NCBI GenBank assembly: GCA_038241335.1
Contig: JBBRFV010000001.1
Span: forward strand, 1-32,597
From: Caulobacterales bacterium
GTDB taxonomy: Bacteria > Pseudomonadota > Alphaproteobacteria > Caulobacterales > Caulobacteraceae
Reading direction: 5' to 3'
DNA: 32,597 bases
The notes under the pieces were generated by a model, which saw nothing but the letters and a program-made list of their open reading frames with translations, made no database searches and was not told where the DNA came from. The translations under genes and the position numbers were made by a program. This document shows, piece by piece, positions 8,170-20,611 of the stretch (position 1 is its first letter; every line of letters begins with the position of its first letter).

Positions 8170-9495
8170 TCAGTCGGGCTTGCCCCACCGGACATAGAGG
8201 TTCCAAGACGAGACGCCGACGCAGATGACGCCGATCAGCGCCAGCGCCCAGGCGACGACGGTGGTCTCGTGCATCTGCGACGGCTGGTCCACCGACAGGC
8301 GGAAGGCGGCCGCTGAGGCGCCGAAGGCGACCAGGCCGACGCCGCCCATGATCAGAAAGGCGCCCGACTCGTTCCAGTCAAACCGCCGGGGACCGCCCGG
8401 CTCGACCTCGTGGCGCAGCACCGACTGCGTCGGTTCGTCATCGAACAGCACCGTGTCGGCGACGGTGACCTGAGGGGTCGGCCGTTCCTCGGCCGTCCAG
8501 GCCGGTCGCGCGGCTTCCAGGAAGTCGGTCTCGGTCGCCGGCGTCAGAACCAGCGGCTCCTCCACCGGCAGCGGCGGGAAGGGCGAGGCGTGGGACGCGA
8601 TGGGGAAGGGCGACGAATCCAGCGGAACCGAGGGCGTCGATGCGAGCACGGGCGCGACGATGTCGAACGGGACGCGGTCGTCGGGCTCGGCCGGCGCGAC
8701 GGGCGGCTCGGGTTCGATCGATTCCGCCGGGAACGCCGTGGACACGTCCAGCGGAGCTTGGGCCGCAGGTCCTTCCGCGGGCAGCGGCGGGAAGCCGGGC
8801 AGGGCGCCGATGATCGCGGCCGAATAGGGCGAGAACCGCTGCAGATGCATCAGGGTCTGCGGCTGGATCGGCGGCGGGGCGGGAGAGGCCGGCGTTTCCT
8901 GGGTCGTCGGCGTCCCGGCGGCCGGTTCGCCCAGCAGGCTGGCGACGGCGGCGGCGCGTGTTTCGGCGGTGGAGCCGGGTTCCGGCGCAGCCTCGACCGG
9001 CGGCGGCAGGGGGGCGGACAGCAGTTCGGCCAGATGCACCGCGTGCGACGGATCGGCCACGAACAGGGCGCGCTCGGCCGCGCGGCGGCGCAGGCGGGAA
9101 TCCGGCGCGGCGCTTTCGGGCCAGCCGATCAGGGCGTCGGCGGCTTCTCCGGCGTGGCCGGCGTTCATCTCGCGCAAGACGTCGGACGACAGGAAGCGAT
9201 CTACGCCGACCGAGACCGCGAAACTGGCCAGGGCGTCGAATTGATGCTGGTTGATCGGGCCGGCGATACGCTCGTTGAGCGCCTTGACCACCGGCATCAG
9301 GTCGTATTGCAGCAGCAGCTCTGCGTCCTGTTCGCCGACCGTCAGCCCCTCTCGCGCCGAGGCGGTGTGGCCGTAGCCGATCACCCAGCCGCCGTCTGCG
9401 TCGCGCACCGCGCGCGGCCGGAAGCCCTCGAAGCTCTTGATGAGGACGATCCCCTCGCGGGAGACCTTCAGACGCTGTGCGGTCGGTTCGGACAC
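8170..9495 (-). CDS. spmX: Polar developmental regulator SpmX (GH24 muramidase domain, Pro-rich linker, two C-terminal TM helices)
   Basis: LIKSFEG...WVIGYGH, NQHQFDALASF and RRRAAERALF motifs; Pro-rich middle; two TM segments; position between mgtE and ivd as known for Caulobacterales. GTG start. Confidence 0.85.
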   Translation of the reverse strand: MSEPTAQRLKVSREGIVLIKSFEGFRPRAVRDADGGWVIGYGHTASAREGLTVGEQDAELLLQYDLMPVVKALNERIAGPINQHQFDALASFAVSVGVDRFLSSDVLREMNAGHAGEAADALIGWPESAAPDSRLRRRAAERALFVADPSHAVHLAELLSAPLPPPVEAAPEPGSTAETRAAAVASLLGEPAAGTPTTQETPASPAPPPIQPQTLMHLQRFSPYSAAIIGALPGFPPLPAEGPAAQAPLDVSTAFPAESIEPEPPVAPAEPDDRVPFDIVAPVLASTPSVPLDSSPFPIASHASPFPPLPVEEPLVLTPATETDFLEAARPAWTAEERPTPQVTVADTVLFDDEPTQSVLRHEVEPGGPRRFDWNESGAFLIMGGVGLVAFGASAAAFRLSVDQPSQMHETTVVAWALALIGVICVGVSSWNLYVRWGKPD

Positions 9496-9542
9496 CGGTT
9501 TGACCCAAATCGAGACGGAATGGTTCGCTCAACGGGAGAACC

Positions 9543-9559
9543 AGCAAAGGTCGCGCCGG
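9543..9559 (-). promoter_or_regulatory. Sigma54 promoter upstream of spmX
   Basis: Minus strand reads ccGGcgcgacctttGCt with exact GG-N10-GC spacing, about 50 nt before the start; Caulobacter spmX is sigma54/TacA dependent. Confidence 0.7.
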
Positions 9560-9577
9560 TCCAGAGGGCAGGGTCGT

Positions 9578-10996
9578 CTAGGTCAGGACGATTGAGGCCA
9601 GACCGAGGAAGATCAGGAAGCCGAAGAAGTCGGTCGTGGCGGTCACGAACACCGCCGAGGAGACCGCCGGGTCGAACTTCAGCCTGGACAGGGTCAGGGG
9701 CGTCAGCACCCCGACCGTGGCGGCGACCATCAGGTTCAGCACCATCGAGGCGCCGATCACCGCGCCGATGCGCCAGTCGCGGAACCACAGGCCCGCCGCG
9801 CAGCCGATCAGCGGCGCCAGCACCAGACCGTTGGCGACGCCCACCGCCAGCTCTCGCCAGAAGGTGCGCGGGGCGTTGGAGCTGTTCAGCTCGCGGGTGG
9901 CCAGAGCGCGGACGGTGACCGTCAGCGCCTGGGTGCCGGCGTTGCCGCCGATGGCTGAGACGATGGGCAGCAGAATCACCAGGGCGACGACGGCTTTGAT
10001 CGTCCCCTCGAACCACGAGATCACCACCGAGCCGAGCACGGCGGTCGCCAGGTTGATGGCCAGCCACGGCACCCGGCCGCGCACGATCTCGCCCACGCCC
10101 GAGGCCCGGTCCTCGTCGCGCACGCCGGCCAGGCGGAGGATGTCCTCGCGGTTCTCCTCCTGGATGATGTTGACGATGTCGTCGACGGTGATCTGGCCCA
10201 CCAGCCGGCCCGCGGAGTCGATGACCGGGGCCGAGATCAGGTGGTATTTCTCGAAGATGTAGGCGACCTCTTCCTGGTCCTGATCGACGGCGATCTCGTT
10301 GATCGGCTCCATGATGTCGGACAGGGCCGCGCTCCGGGGCGCGCGAAGCAGGCGGCTGACGGCCAGGCCGCCGACCGGCTTGTTCAGCGGGTCGACAATG
10401 TAGATGTCGAAGAACAGTTCGGGCAGGTCGTCGCCCTGCTTGCGGATGTGGTCGATGGTGTCGCCGACGTTCCAGAACGACGGCGCAGCCATGACCTCGC
10501 GCTGCATCAGGCGGCCGGCGGAGTCCTCGGCATAGCCCAGCGAGCTCTCGATCGCGGCGCGATCGACCTCGGGCATGGCCGCCAGCACTTTTTCACGCTG
10601 GTCGTCCTCCAGATCCTCGACGACCGCGGCGGCGTCGTCGGAATCCAGCTCCTGCAGCGCCTCGGCCAGGGTCAGGTGCGGGACGCGCTCCAGCACCTCC
10701 TCGCGGATGCCTTCGTCGAGTTCTGGCAGGGTGTCGGCGAGCAGTTCCGGCGGCAGCCACAGCACCACGACGGCGCGGACCTCCGTCGTCAGGAAGCCCA
10801 TCAGGTCCGCGACGTCGGCGGGGTGAAGGTCTTCCAGCAGCGACCGAAGCCGCATGCCGTCTCCGTCGTCGGCCGCGTCGGCGACCTTGGCCACGAACGA
10901 TGCCGTCAGGACGTAGTCCTCGTCCAAGGCCTCGTGATCTTCGACCAGAGTGTCGAAGGCGACGTCAGGGTCGAGAGTGGCGGTCTTGTCGCTCAC
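9578..10996 (-). CDS. mgtE: Magnesium transporter MgtE
   Basis: Acidic N-domain, CBS pair (SAGRLMQRE, LVGQITVDD), and GGNAGTQA and DPAVSSAVFVTATTD motifs; GTG start with GGGAGG SD. Confidence 0.95.
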   Translation of the reverse strand: MSDKTATLDPDVAFDTLVEDHEALDEDYVLTASFVAKVADAADDGDGMRLRSLLEDLHPADVADLMGFLTTEVRAVVVLWLPPELLADTLPELDEGIREEVLERVPHLTLAEALQELDSDDAAAVVEDLEDDQREKVLAAMPEVDRAAIESSLGYAEDSAGRLMQREVMAAPSFWNVGDTIDHIRKQGDDLPELFFDIYIVDPLNKPVGGLAVSRLLRAPRSAALSDIMEPINEIAVDQDQEEVAYIFEKYHLISAPVIDSAGRLVGQITVDDIVNIIQEENREDILRLAGVRDEDRASGVGEIVRGRVPWLAINLATAVLGSVVISWFEGTIKAVVALVILLPIVSAIGGNAGTQALTVTVRALATRELNSSNAPRTFWRELAVGVANGLVLAPLIGCAAGLWFRDWRIGAVIGASMVLNLMVAATVGVLTPLTLSRLKFDPAVSSAVFVTATTDFFGFLIFLGLASIVLT

Positions 10997-11059
10997 GCGT
11001 GCCTCCCTCTCTCGATGTAATCAGCCGGTAGCGCCGATCTTTATCCCTTTTACGTCAGA

Positions 11060-11144
11060 TGGTGCGGTCGAGAAGACTCGAACTTCCACGGGTTGCCCCA
11101 CAGCGACCTCAACGCTGCGCGTCTACCAATTCCGCCACGACCGC
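11060..11144 (-). tRNA. tRNA-Leu(GAG)
   Basis: GCGGTCGTGGCGGAATTGGTAGACGCG CAGCG TT GAG GT CGCTG, long variable arm, GTTCGAGTC, encoded CCA; 85 nt. Confidence 0.97.
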
Positions 11145-11197
11145 TCGCATCGGAGGGCGGCTGATAGCGGAGAGAATGGGGAAAGGGAAGGGGGAGG

Positions 11198-11312
11198 CTG
11201 AGCGGTTATTGATTAGGGGTTCGTGGCTGCCGCTTCGGCGTCCGGGTCCGCCTTGACCCAGCGGCGCGCCCCCCCTGGCAATCACCAACCCCTCATCACT
11301 AATCACCCTCAG
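11198..11312. repeat. Long imperfect inverted repeat with 7-nt periodic arms
   Basis: Left arm 11198-11231 (CTGAGCGGTTATTGATTAGGGGTTCGTGGCTGCC) pairs with right arm 11277-11312 (GGCAATCACCAACCCCTCATCACTAATCACCCTCAG). Confidence 0.75.
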
Positions 11313-11560
11313 GCCGCCCCCGCCATGAAGTCATACACATCCGCCGCCCGGGTCACGGTGATGGCGATGCGGTCTTCGCGGATCTCGATCTCACCGCGCG
11401 CCACCGGATGATTGTTGGCGAGTATCCAGACCTCGTCATGCTCGGTGGCGTCGAGCGGAATCACCGCCCCGCGGCCCATCCGCAGCAGCTGACTCATCGG
11501 CAGGACAGACCGTCCCAGAACGACCGAAATCTCGACGTCGACGCATTCGATCTGTGACAC
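11309..11560 (-). CDS. FliM/FliN C-terminal (SpoA) domain protein
   Basis: VDVEISVVLGRSVLPMSQLLRMGRGAVIPLD...ANNHPVARGEI. Start uncertain: GTG at 11560 or ATG at 11617. Confidence 0.8.
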   Translation of the reverse strand: MSQIECVDVEISVVLGRSVLPMSQLLRMGRGAVIPLDATEHDEVWILANNHPVARGEIEIREDRIAITVTRAADVYDFMAGAA

Positions 11561-11647
11561 TGGGGACTCTGACGCTGACTGTGAGGAACTCGGGTCTTCG
11601 GCGGTCTGGACTTGCATGGCGCTCCCGACCCCCACATTGGAGGCGTC

Positions 11648-12358
11648 ATGCTTTCCCAGTCCTTAAGCGAAACCATATCGAAACTGGTCCGCGCCGATGG
11701 ACGGCCCGTCGAGTGGACGGTCGCGACCGGCTATATCGACTATCCGGCGGCGGAGGCGGCCATGGAGGCCCGGGTCGCGGCCATAGCCGCGGGCGAGGCG
11801 GAGGAGCTGGTCTGGCTGTTGGAGCACCCGCCCCTCTACACCGCCGGGGTTTCGTCGAAGGACGGCGATCTGCTGGAGGCGGGCCGGTTCCCGGTCTATC
11901 GGACGGGGCGGGGCGGCCAGTTCACCTACCATGGGCCGGGCCAGAGGGTCGCCTATGTGATGCTGGACCTGAACCGTCGCGGCAAGGACGTGCGGACTTT
12001 CGTGCGCGGGCTGGAGCAGTGGATCATCGGCGCGCTGGGCGAGTTCAACGTCGCCGCCGACGTGCGCGACGGTCGTGTCGGCGTCTGGGTCGAGCGGAAA
12101 GGGCCCGGCTGGTCGCGCGAGGACAAGATCGCCGCCATCGGCGTCAAGGTCCGCAAATGGGTCAGCTTCCACGGCGTCAGCCTGAATGTGGAGCCGGATC
12201 TGAACCATTTCGACGGCATCGTCCCGTGCGGCCTCCGCGATCACGGCGTCACCAGTCTGATCGACCTCGGCGTGCCCGCGACGATGGATGAGGCGGACGC
12301 GGCGCTGAAAACCAGCTTCCGGCGCGTATTCGGTCCGGTTGTCGAAGCGCCAAGTTAA
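11648..12358 (+). CDS. lipB: Octanoyltransferase LipB
   Basis: [36 protein letters not shown] and IVPCG motifs; GGAGG SD before ATG 11648. Confidence 0.95.
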   Translation: MLSQSLSETISKLVRADGRPVEWTVATGYIDYPAAEAAMEARVAAIAAGEAEELVWLLEHPPLYTAGVSSKDGDLLEAGRFPVYRTGRGGQFTYHGPGQRVAYVMLDLNRRGKDVRTFVRGLEQWIIGALGEFNVAADVRDGRVGVWVERKGPGWSREDKIAAIGVKVRKWVSFHGVSLNVEPDLNHFDGIVPCGLRDHGVTSLIDLGVPATMDEADAALKTSFRRVFGPVVEAPS

Positions 12359-12408
12359 CCGTTGCGAGCGAAAGTGGCCGGAGAGCGTCCGTATCCGGAG
12401 TCCCAGTA

Positions 12409-14006
<1,598 letters not shown>

Positions 14007-14010
<4 letters not shown>

Positions 14011-14630
14011 ACCGTCGCGGCCCGCAGAGCTTCGATCAGCACGCCATGTTCTTGATGTATTCGCCCGTGGAGACCCCCTTGACCGTGAAATCGGTGATGT
14101 AGGGCGAAGTGTCCGTGGCGTCGCCGACGCGAGTGATGCGGAACTCCCCCGGCGCGACCGCGGGGGAACCGTCGCTCGCGCAAACAGGGGCGAGTCCGCG
14201 GCGGCGGCCTCGGGCGTCATGGCCGCCCATTGCGTGTACCCGGCCCTCAGCTTCGGCACATCGACGGCCCGGAATGAGCTGTCGTGGATTACCGAGTCGT
14301 TCGGATCGCCATCCACATAATAGAGGCCGTTGATGACGTTGGACCCGCGCCGGTGAACATAGAGCGGCCTGTTGGTCCCGATCTCGATGAAGGTCGGATG
14401 CGTCCGGCCGTCACGCTGCAGCCTGGCGGGCGGCGGCACCGAGTCCAGCCTGTCCAGCACCTTGGACACGCGGCCGATGTATCGCGGTCGCCGGTCAGCC
14501 GGGTGGCCCGGCGCATGACCTCCAGCACCGCGACGCGGTCGGGTGCGGGCAGGCGAAGGCGGGGAAGGCTTCCCCGAGCGGAGCCGCGGCGGCCGCTGCG
14601 AGCAGGGCGCGACGAGAGGGCGAAGATCAT
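14007..14630 (-). pseudogene. Decayed Tat-exported pectate lyase (PelA/PL10-like) remnant
   Basis: Fragments in shifting frames: SRRALLAAAAAAPLGEAFPAFA (Tat signal); PDRVAVLEVMRRAT; RLTGDR/RYIGRVSKVLDRLDSV; HPTFIEIGTNRPLYVHRRGSNVINGLYYVD; RVGDATDTSPY...GVSTGEYIKNM/VLIEALRAATV*. AAGGA SD before ATG 14630. Confidence 0.7.
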
Positions 14631-14680
14631 GCAGGATCCTTGCGACAGGCGGTCTGTGAGGTCGAGCTGTCAAACCGTTG

Positions 14681-14694
14681 TGACACCGGTGTGA
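14681..14694. promoter_or_regulatory. LacI-type operator-like palindrome TGACACCGGTGTGA
   Basis: 13/14 match to the perfect palindrome TGACACCGGTGTCA with central CG, 50 nt upstream of the pectate lyase remnant and next to a minus-strand TTGACA at 14668-14673. Confidence 0.5.
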
Positions 14695-14734
14695 AGCATC
14701 GATAGGTGACCGACCTGAAACTGCGCTGGTGGGC

Positions 14735-14759
14735 GGAACCCGGAAAGGCCGAAGGCGTT
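14735..14759 (+). promoter_or_regulatory. EcfG/SigT promoter GGAAC-N16-CGTT
   Basis: GGAAC ccggaaaggccgaagg CGTT, 30 nt before ATG 14790. Confidence 0.72.
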
Positions 14760-14789
14760 CGGATCAGTCGTGGTGGGTCGGGCGACAGT

Positions 14790-16745
14790 ATGAAAATCGA
14801 GCAAGGTGCCGCTCCGCCCGCAGCGGACGAGGGTCGCTATCGGCTGCTCGTCGACGCCATTACCGATTACGCCATCTACATGCTAGACGTCGGCGGTCAT
14901 GTGACCAGCTGGAATGCGGGCGCGCGGCGGTTCAAGGGCTACGAGCCCGCCGAGATCATTGGCCAGCATTTCTCCCGCTTCTACACCCCGGAGGACATCG
15001 CCAAAGGCGTCCCCGCGCGAGCTTTGAGGGATGCGGAGGAGGTCGGGAGGTTCGAACAGGAAGGCTGGCGCGTCCGAAAGGACGGCAACCGTTTCTGGGC
15101 CCATGTGATCATCGATCCCATCCGCCACGCTTCGGGCGAACTGGTGGGGTTCGCCAAGATCACCCGCGACCTGACCGAACGAAAGGCCGCCGAGGACTCC
15201 CTGCGTCGCAGCGAACAGCAGTTCGCGCTGTTGGTGCAGGGGGTGACGGACTACGCCATCTACATGCTCGACACCGAGGGTCGGGTGACCAACTGGAACC
15301 CCGGCGCCCAGCGAATCAAGGGCTATCTCCCGGGCGAGATCGTCGGTGAGCATTTCTCGCGCTTCTACACCGACGACGACCGGGCCGCCGGGGCTCCGCA
15401 AGCCGCCCTCGCGACCGCGGCGGCGACCGGCCGGTTCGAAAAGGAAGGTTGGCGGGTCCGGAAGGACGGCAGCCGGTTCCTCGCCAACGTCGTCATCGAT
15501 GCGATCCGCAACGACGCGGGCGAGGTCATCGGCTACGCCAAGATCACGCGCGACATCACCGAGCGGGTCGAGACCCAGCGGTCCCTCGATGAGGCGCGCG
15601 AAGCGCTGTTCCAGTCCCAGAAGATGGAAGCGATCGGCCAGCTGACCGGCGGCATTGCGCATGATTTCAACAACCTGCTTATGGCGGTTCTGGGCAGTCT
15701 GGAACTGGTCCAGAAGCGGATTCCATACGACGCCCGGGTCACGCCCCTGCTGGAGAACGCCGTGCAGGGCGCCCAGCGTGGCGCGATCCTGACCCAGAGG
15801 ATGCTGGCCTTCGCCCGCAAACAGGAACTGACGCTGGAATCGGTCGACGTCTCGTCCCTGGCGCGCGGCATGATGGACTTCCTCGACCGCACGATCGGGC
15901 CGAACATCGACGTGAGCCTGCGGTTTTCCGGCGGCCTTCCCCGGGTCCAGACGGATGCGGCCCAGCTGGAAGCGGCGTTGATGAACCTGATGGTCAACGC
16001 CCGCGACGCCATGCCGGCCGGGGGAACGATCACCATCAGCGCCGTGCTCGAGCGCGTCGAGAGCGGCCTGGAGCTGCCGGCGGGGGAATATGTGCGGCTG
16101 AGCGTGGCCGATACGGGCGAGGGGATGGATCCGGCGACGCTGGCGCGGGCCACGGAGCCGTTCTTCACCACCAAGGGGGTCGGCAAGGGCACGGGTCTGG
16201 GGCTGTCGATGGTTCACGGCCTGGCCGCACAATCCGGCGGTCGGCTGACGGTGTCGAGCGAGCCAGGTCGAGGCTCAGACATCGCGTTGTGGCTTCCGGT
16301 CAGCCGTTCCGATCACGAGGCCCGGACCCTCGTCGCCACGGCCCCCGACGCCGACCCCCCGCGCAGGCTTCGCATCCTGGCGGTCGATGACGACACCCTC
16401 GTGCTGATCAACACCGCCGCCATGCTGGACGATCTCGGCCACGTCGTCGTCGCGGCCGCGTCGGGCAAGGAGGGGCTGGAAATCCTGCGGGACGACCCGC
16501 ACATCGACATGGTGGTCAGCGACGAGATCATGCCGAACATGACGGGCACCCAATTCGCCCGCGCCGCGCGGCGGATACGTCCGGACCTGCCCTTCGTGAT
16601 CGCCACCGGCTATGCCGACCTGTCTGGAACCGGACAGGACCCGGATGAGCGTCTTCCCCGCCTTCACAAGCCCTTCAATCAGAACGATCTCGGCCGTGTC
16701 GTGATGGTTGCGATGGGCCTGTCACCCGAGGCCGTGCCGGCCTGA
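14790..16745 (+). CDS. Hybrid sensor kinase (PAS-PAS-HisKA-HATPase-REC)
   Basis: Two similar PAS/PAC repeats (DYAIYMLD...WN.GA.R.KGY...HFSRFY...EGWRVRKDG), QKMEAIGQLTGGIAHDFNNLL, NLMVNARDAM, EPFFTTKGVGKGTGLGL and receiver VSDEIMP. Start placed at ATG 14790, downstream of the promoter. Confidence 0.92.
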   Translation: MKIEQGAAPPAADEGRYRLLVDAITDYAIYMLDVGGHVTSWNAGARRFKGYEPAEIIGQHFSRFYTPEDIAKGVPARALRDAEEVGRFEQEGWRVRKDGNRFWAHVIIDPIRHASGELVGFAKITRDLTERKAAEDSLRRSEQQFALLVQGVTDYAIYMLDTEGRVTNWNPGAQRIKGYLPGEIVGEHFSRFYTDDDRAAGAPQAALATAAATGRFEKEGWRVRKDGSRFLANVVIDAIRNDAGEVIGYAKITRDITERVETQRSLDEAREALFQSQKMEAIGQLTGGIAHDFNNLLMAVLGSLELVQKRIPYDARVTPLLENAVQGAQRGAILTQRMLAFARKQELTLESVDVSSLARGMMDFLDRTIGPNIDVSLRFSGGLPRVQTDAAQLEAALMNLMVNARDAMPAGGTITISAVLERVESGLELPAGEYVRLSVADTGEGMDPATLARATEPFFTTKGVGKGTGLGLSMVHGLAAQSGGRLTVSSEPGRGSDIALWLPVSRSDHEARTLVATAPDADPPRRLRILAVDDDTLVLINTAAMLDDLGHVVVAAASGKEGLEILRDDPHIDMVVSDEIMPNMTGTQFARAARRIRPDLPFVIATGYADLSGTGQDPDERLPRLHKPFNQNDLGRVVMVAMGLSPEAVPA

Positions 16746-16760
16746 AGGGCGTCTTGGCGG

Positions 16761-18773
<2,013 letters not shown>

Positions 18774-18995
18774 GCGTCTTTGAATCTGAAGCGAATGTGA
18801 TCGCCCATTGTGGCGCCTGCCCCGATTAGGCCGCGATCCTTGCCGAGTAAACCGGACCGGCGCTCAACCGCGCGGCGTTCGGGCTTGGCAAAACCTGTAC
18901 CGATGGGGTTTATGCCGTTCCAGTTCCGTTCATCGGCGCCCGTTCAGTTTCACTGTCGTTACCTCGTCCTGTTTTTTGGCCCGGAGCCTGACCTG

Positions 18996-20504
18996 ATGTC
19001 CCGCATCCTTAATCTCGCCGCCACCGCAGCCCTGGCTTTGGCCGTAAGCGCCGGAGCCGTGGCGGCCCAGGACTTCCGCGCCCTGGCGCGCGAGGACCTT
19101 CAGCGCGCCCACGATGAATTGGCCGCCAATCATCCGTCGGTGGTTATCCCCGGCGCCGCCAGCACCGCTTTCCGCAGCTGGCTTGACGCCGGTCTGGCCG
19201 ACGCCATGGCCCGCACCACCCAGGTCAACAGCGGTGACAGCCAGGCCTATCTGCTGCGTTATTATGCGGCCGGCTTCCACGACTCCAACATCGCCATCCG
19301 TCCGACTTTCGAGGGCATGGGCCCCTATTTTGCAATCGGCTGGCCCGGCTTCACCACCGGCTGGCGTAACGGCCATTACGTCGTCACCTATGTGAAGCCC
19401 GGCATCCGCAACGCCCCGCGCATCGGCGACATCGTCACCGAATGCAATCTGCAGCCGATCGAGGAGTTCGCCCGGGCCAAGCTGGACCGCTGGGAAGGCG
19501 ATCTGGACACTGAGGCGGGCCGCATCACCTCGGCGCCTTATCTGATGTGGAACCGCAACAACCCGTTCACCAACGGGGTGCCCTCGACCTGCAAATTCCA
19601 GTCGGGCCGCAGCCGGCCGCATGACATCGAGATCCGGCCCGCCCCGGTCGACGCCGCCAGCCTCGAAGCCGCTTACCGCTCGACTGTCTACATGCCGCCG
19701 GCCACGCCCCTGGCGGTCGAGACGGTCAATGGCCGTCCCTGGATACACGTCCATTCCTTCGCGGACTCCACCGACGCCGACAAGGCCGCCTGGGCGGCCT
19801 TCAACGGGGCGGTCGAGGCCCAGGTCGATGCGATCCGCGGACCCGCCGGCGCCGTGATCGACCTGCGCGCCGCCTCGGGCTCGGGCCAGAACTCATCAAC
19901 CGCGCGCGGTTACGGCCTCGCCAACCGCATCTGGACTCCCGAGTTCACCGTCAGCCGCCAACCGGCCGCCGGGGATCTGACCTACCGCGCCACCCAGGGC
20001 AACCGCGACTGGTACGCGGCCGCGCTGGGCCGCATGGAGGCTGATCCCCAGTTCGTGCAGGACGCCATGCCGGTGATCGTGCAGACGCGTGAACTGGTGA
20101 CCGCCTTCGACGCCGCCATCGCGTCCGGTCAGCCCAGCTTCACCCTTGCCGGACGCTCCGGCGTGGCCGACACGGGCGCCGCCAATCCGGTCCAGGGCCC
20201 GATCATCGTGCTGGTGGACGCCGGTTGCTCGGGCGGTTGCCTCGACACGCTGGACCTGCTGTCCAAGCTGCCGAACGTGCGCATCGTGGGTTCGACCACG
20301 GCCACCGACTCGATCTTCATCGAGCCCACGGTCCAGCGGCTGCCGTCGAACTATGCGGACCTCAGCTACGGCCACAAGGCCTGGACGGCGCGGACCCGGG
20401 CGAACAACACGCCCTACACTCCGGCCGCCGGCCTGGTGTACATGGGCGATCCGGCCGACGAAGCGGCGGTCCGGACCTGGGTGGGAACGCTGTTCGGAGG
20501 CTGA
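18996..20504 (+). CDS. Exported peptidase S41-like protein (502 aa) with degenerate catalytic motifs
   Basis: GGAG SD; Sec signal ending AVAA-Q; S41-like segments WIHVHSF, AVIDLR, IIVLVDAGCSGGCLD and VRIVGSTT. Confidence 0.7.
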   Translation: MSRILNLAATAALALAVSAGAVAAQDFRALAREDLQRAHDELAANHPSVVIPGAASTAFRSWLDAGLADAMARTTQVNSGDSQAYLLRYYAAGFHDSNIAIRPTFEGMGPYFAIGWPGFTTGWRNGHYVVTYVKPGIRNAPRIGDIVTECNLQPIEEFARAKLDRWEGDLDTEAGRITSAPYLMWNRNNPFTNGVPSTCKFQSGRSRPHDIEIRPAPVDAASLEAAYRSTVYMPPATPLAVETVNGRPWIHVHSFADSTDADKAAWAAFNGAVEAQVDAIRGPAGAVIDLRAASGSGQNSSTARGYGLANRIWTPEFTVSRQPAAGDLTYRATQGNRDWYAAALGRMEADPQFVQDAMPVIVQTRELVTAFDAAIASGQPSFTLAGRSGVADTGAANPVQGPIIVLVDAGCSGGCLDTLDLLSKLPNVRIVGSTTATDSIFIEPTVQRLPSNYADLSYGHKAWTARTRANNTPYTPAAGLVYMGDPADEAAVRTWVGTLFGG

Positions 20505-20611
20505 CTTTCTTGAGTGGCGCCAACGCGTTCGCCCTGGTTGAGCGCGGGACGCGAAGACGTCATGGGCCGGGCGGGGTGGAACCCTCGCCCGGCTCTTCTT
20601 ATTTGGTCTGC

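Noticed and set aside
8170-9495. Phage lysozyme as evidence of a prophage
   Set aside because: No phage genes nearby; architecture and synteny identify it as domesticated SpmX.
14838-15570. Direct DNA repeat within the second kinase gene
   Set aside because: Explained by tandem PAS/PAC domains, common in this kinase family.
20576-20604. RpoH-like promoter before msrB
   Set aside because: Both boxes (GTGGAA and TCTTATTT) deviate from consensus; too weak to call.
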